Source of the DNA: an uncultured Candidatus Rokubacteria bacterium
Lineage (GTDB): Bacteria; Methylomirabilota; Methylomirabilia; Rokubacteriales; DASRDR01
Assembly: GCA_963805625.1 (NCBI GenBank)
Contig: CAWDVE010000019.1
Span: 320,001 to 384,000 of the forward strand
DNA length: 64,000 bases
Direction of reading: 5' to 3'
Part shown: positions 62,005 to 64,000 of the stretch, piece by piece
Layout of the letters: the number at the start of each line of letters is the position of its first letter
Position numbering within the stretch: position 1 is the first letter of the stretch
Notes under the pieces: model-generated
What the model saw: only the letters and a program-made list of their open reading frames with translations
Told to the model about the DNA's origin: nothing
The model's database searches: none
Translations under genes and position numbers: made by a program

Positions 62005-63435
62005 TCAGTCGGCGCCGCGTACCTCGAGCGCTTCGATCTCGGCTTTGAGCGACCGTTGGAGGGCAAGGAGGCGATCGCTGTAGGCCACCGGGTACGCGGC
62101 GGGGTCTCTGAGCCGCCGCACCGCGTCAGGGAGCGCGCGGAGCTGAGCCGCACAGTAGTCGCGGATCGCCGTCAGGGCGGGAAGCGGCGTCGTGACTGCT
62201 CCCGAGGTCATCACCGTGTCGAGAAGAGGCTCGGCGCCGGCGGGCGGGTCTTCCTCCCGTAGGGCCAGCCGATCGCTCGCGAAGCGGCCGTCGGCCCCGC
62301 GTGTGCGGTAGACTTGCTTCTCGCCGGTCCACGTTTCCTTCCCCGTGCTGAACTTGAGCACGTTCCGGCCGGCGTAGCGCACGAGCTTGTAGGCCATGTC
62401 CAAATAGGGGGCGTCGGCGGAGACATCCATGCGCGTCCCGACCCCGAAGGCGTCGATGGGCGCCCCGGCGGTGAGGAGCTCGTCGATGACGTGCTCGTCG
62501 AGGCCGCCGCTGACGAAGATACGCACGTAGCCGAGCCCGGCCCCATCGAGGATTCGTCGCACCTCCTGGCTGAGGGTCAGAATGTCGCCGCTGTCCAGTC
62601 GCACGCCGGCCAGCCGGTGCCCCCGAGCCTCCATCTCCTTTCCCACCTGGACCGCCTTGTGGGCGCCGGTGACGGTGTCGTACGTGTCGATGAGAAGGGT
62701 CGTGTTCTCCGGAAAGGCGCGCGCGAACGCGCGGAACGCGTCGATCTCGCGGGGGAAGGCCACCACGTACGAGTGCGCCATCGTCCCGGTGGCCGGGATA
62801 CCGTAGGAGCGCTCCGCGAGCACGTTGCTGCTCATGGTGGCGCCCGCCAGGAATGTGCACCGCGCGGCCTTCATGCCGGCATCGACTCCGGGAGTGCGCC
62901 GGAGGCCGAACTCGACAATCGCGCGCCCGCGTCCCGCGATGACGGAGCGGGCCGCCTTGGTGGTGAGGACCGTCTGGAAGTGACAGGCGTTCATGACCGC
63001 CGTCTCGACGAGCTGGGCTTCGATGATGGGCGCGGTGATCTCCAGGAGCGGCTCATCGGGAAAGACGACCGTCCCTTCGGGCACGGCTCGCACGTCGCCC
63101 GTGAACCGGAGGTCGGCGAGGAAGCCGAGGAAGCGATCGTCGAACCGGCGCGTCCCTGCGAGGTGCGCGAGCGCGTCGTCGGAGAAGCGGAAGCTCTGGA
63201 GGTAGCCCAGCACATCCTCGAGCCCCGTGGCGATGAGGAACGACCGATTCTTCGGGAGCTTCCGCACGAAGAGACTGAACGTGGCGGGGTCGTGCATCCC
63301 TTCCCGGAAATACGACGCGGCCATGGTGAGCTCGTAGAGATCGGTGAAGAGGGCGGCGTCTCGGGTGGTGACCGGTCCCGAGACAAACGCTCCCCGGAGC
63401 GATGGGGCGATTGGCGATTCCAGCGACGCGCTCAT
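62005..63435 (-). CDS. pncB: Nicotinate phosphoribosyltransferase
   Basis: TDLYELTM, EFGLRR, GTMAHS, LIDTYD, VRLDSGD, SGGLDE; ATGA coupling. Confidence 0.94.
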   Translation of the reverse strand: MSASLESPIAPSLRGAFVSGPVTTRDAALFTDLYELTMAASYFREGMHDPATFSLFVRKLPKNRSFLIATGLEDVLGYLQSFRFSDDALAHLAGTRRFDDRFLGFLADLRFTGDVRAVPEGTVVFPDEPLLEITAPIIEAQLVETAVMNACHFQTVLTTKAARSVIAGRGRAIVEFGLRRTPGVDAGMKAARCTFLAGATMSSNVLAERSYGIPATGTMAHSYVVAFPREIDAFRAFARAFPENTTLLIDTYDTVTGAHKAVQVGKEMEARGHRLAGVRLDSGDILTLSQEVRRILDGAGLGYVRIFVSGGLDEHVIDELLTAGAPIDAFGVGTRMDVSADAPYLDMAYKLVRYAGRNVLKFSTGKETWTGEKQVYRTRGADGRFASDRLALREEDPPAGAEPLLDTVMTSGAVTTPLPALTAIRDYCAAQLRALPDAVRRLRDPAAYPVAYSDRLLALQRSLKAEIEALEVRGAD

Positions 63436-63908
63436 GGAGCCCGGAGCGCCCATCGGTACGGAGGCGACAGGACTCCCTCTTCGAGGACCTCGGCGAACAC
63501 TCGGATGACGTCGGCCTCGGTGAGGATCCCGACGAGCCGCTCGTTCTTCACGACCGGGAGCGCGCCGATCTTCCGGTGGTGCAGGAGCCGGGCCGCGTCG
63601 CGGATCTCGGTCTCCGGCCGAACCGTGAACACCGTCCACGTCATGATGTCCCGGACGGTGAGACCCTCCAGCGCGTCGGCCAGCCTCCCGCCGAGTCGTT
63701 CCTGGAGTCGTGGGTCGAGAATGACCTGCCGGAGGTCCCGGTCGGTCACGATGCCGACAAGGCGTTGGCTGGCGTCCACGACGGGCAGGTGACGGATCCT
63801 CGCGGCTCTCATCAACCGCACGGCGTCGGTGACCTTCGCCGTCGGACGGACCGTTGAGGGGGCGGGGGTCATCCGATCCCCGACGCGGATGGACTCGGGC
63901 CAGTTCAT
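63432..63908 (-). CDS. CBS-domain pair protein; start uncertain
   Basis: IRHLPVVD..GIVTDRDLR; IGALPVV..GILTEADV. Confidence 0.88.
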   Translation of the reverse strand: MNWPESIRVGDRMTPAPSTVRPTAKVTDAVRLMRAARIRHLPVVDASQRLVGIVTDRDLRQVILDPRLQERLGGRLADALEGLTVRDIMTWTVFTVRPETEIRDAARLLHHRKIGALPVVKNERLVGILTEADVIRVFAEVLEEGVLSPPYRWALRAP

Positions 63909-64000
63909 AGGCTCGAACTCCTGGGCCTCGCGCCGGGCATGCCTCGGTTTCCGTGTTCGGATGTTGCGCCTGATCGATCGCTTTGGATGCCGCATCGCCG

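Overview
High-GC bacterial window with no rRNA, tRNA, CRISPR, transposase or integrase that I could recognise. Nearly all of it is one stress/low-oxygen gene island. It carries a ba3-type (B-family) cytochrome c oxidase, a formate/nitrite channel, 8 CBS-domain and 7 universal-stress-protein genes, Hsp20, an orphan GroEL, a TraR/DksA-like protein, a ribosome hibernation factor, an eRF1-like release factor, archease-RtcB, LigA/PolX/LigD-PE, PpsA, PfkB, PncB, a CtpF-like ATPase, AcsA-PDH-ACP and many decayed gene remnants. The main signal is regulatory. About 14 clear and 3 weaker sigma-54 (-24/-12) promoters head most operons. Most are preceded by tandem copies of an 18-bp palindrome, TGGGGC-N6-GCCCCA, repeated at 19-20 bp and roughly helically phased relative to the promoter. 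The island also encodes a candidate control circuit: a FixL-like PAS-GAF histidine kinase, an NtrC-family sigma-54 activator and two paralogous stand-alone receivers. The gene content parallels the mycobacterial DosR dormancy regulon, but the wiring appears to be sigma-54/enhancer based. Two unannotated paralogous 67-aa basic proteins and a 30-aa membrane peptide are also present. All calls were made by eye from motifs; no database searches were run.
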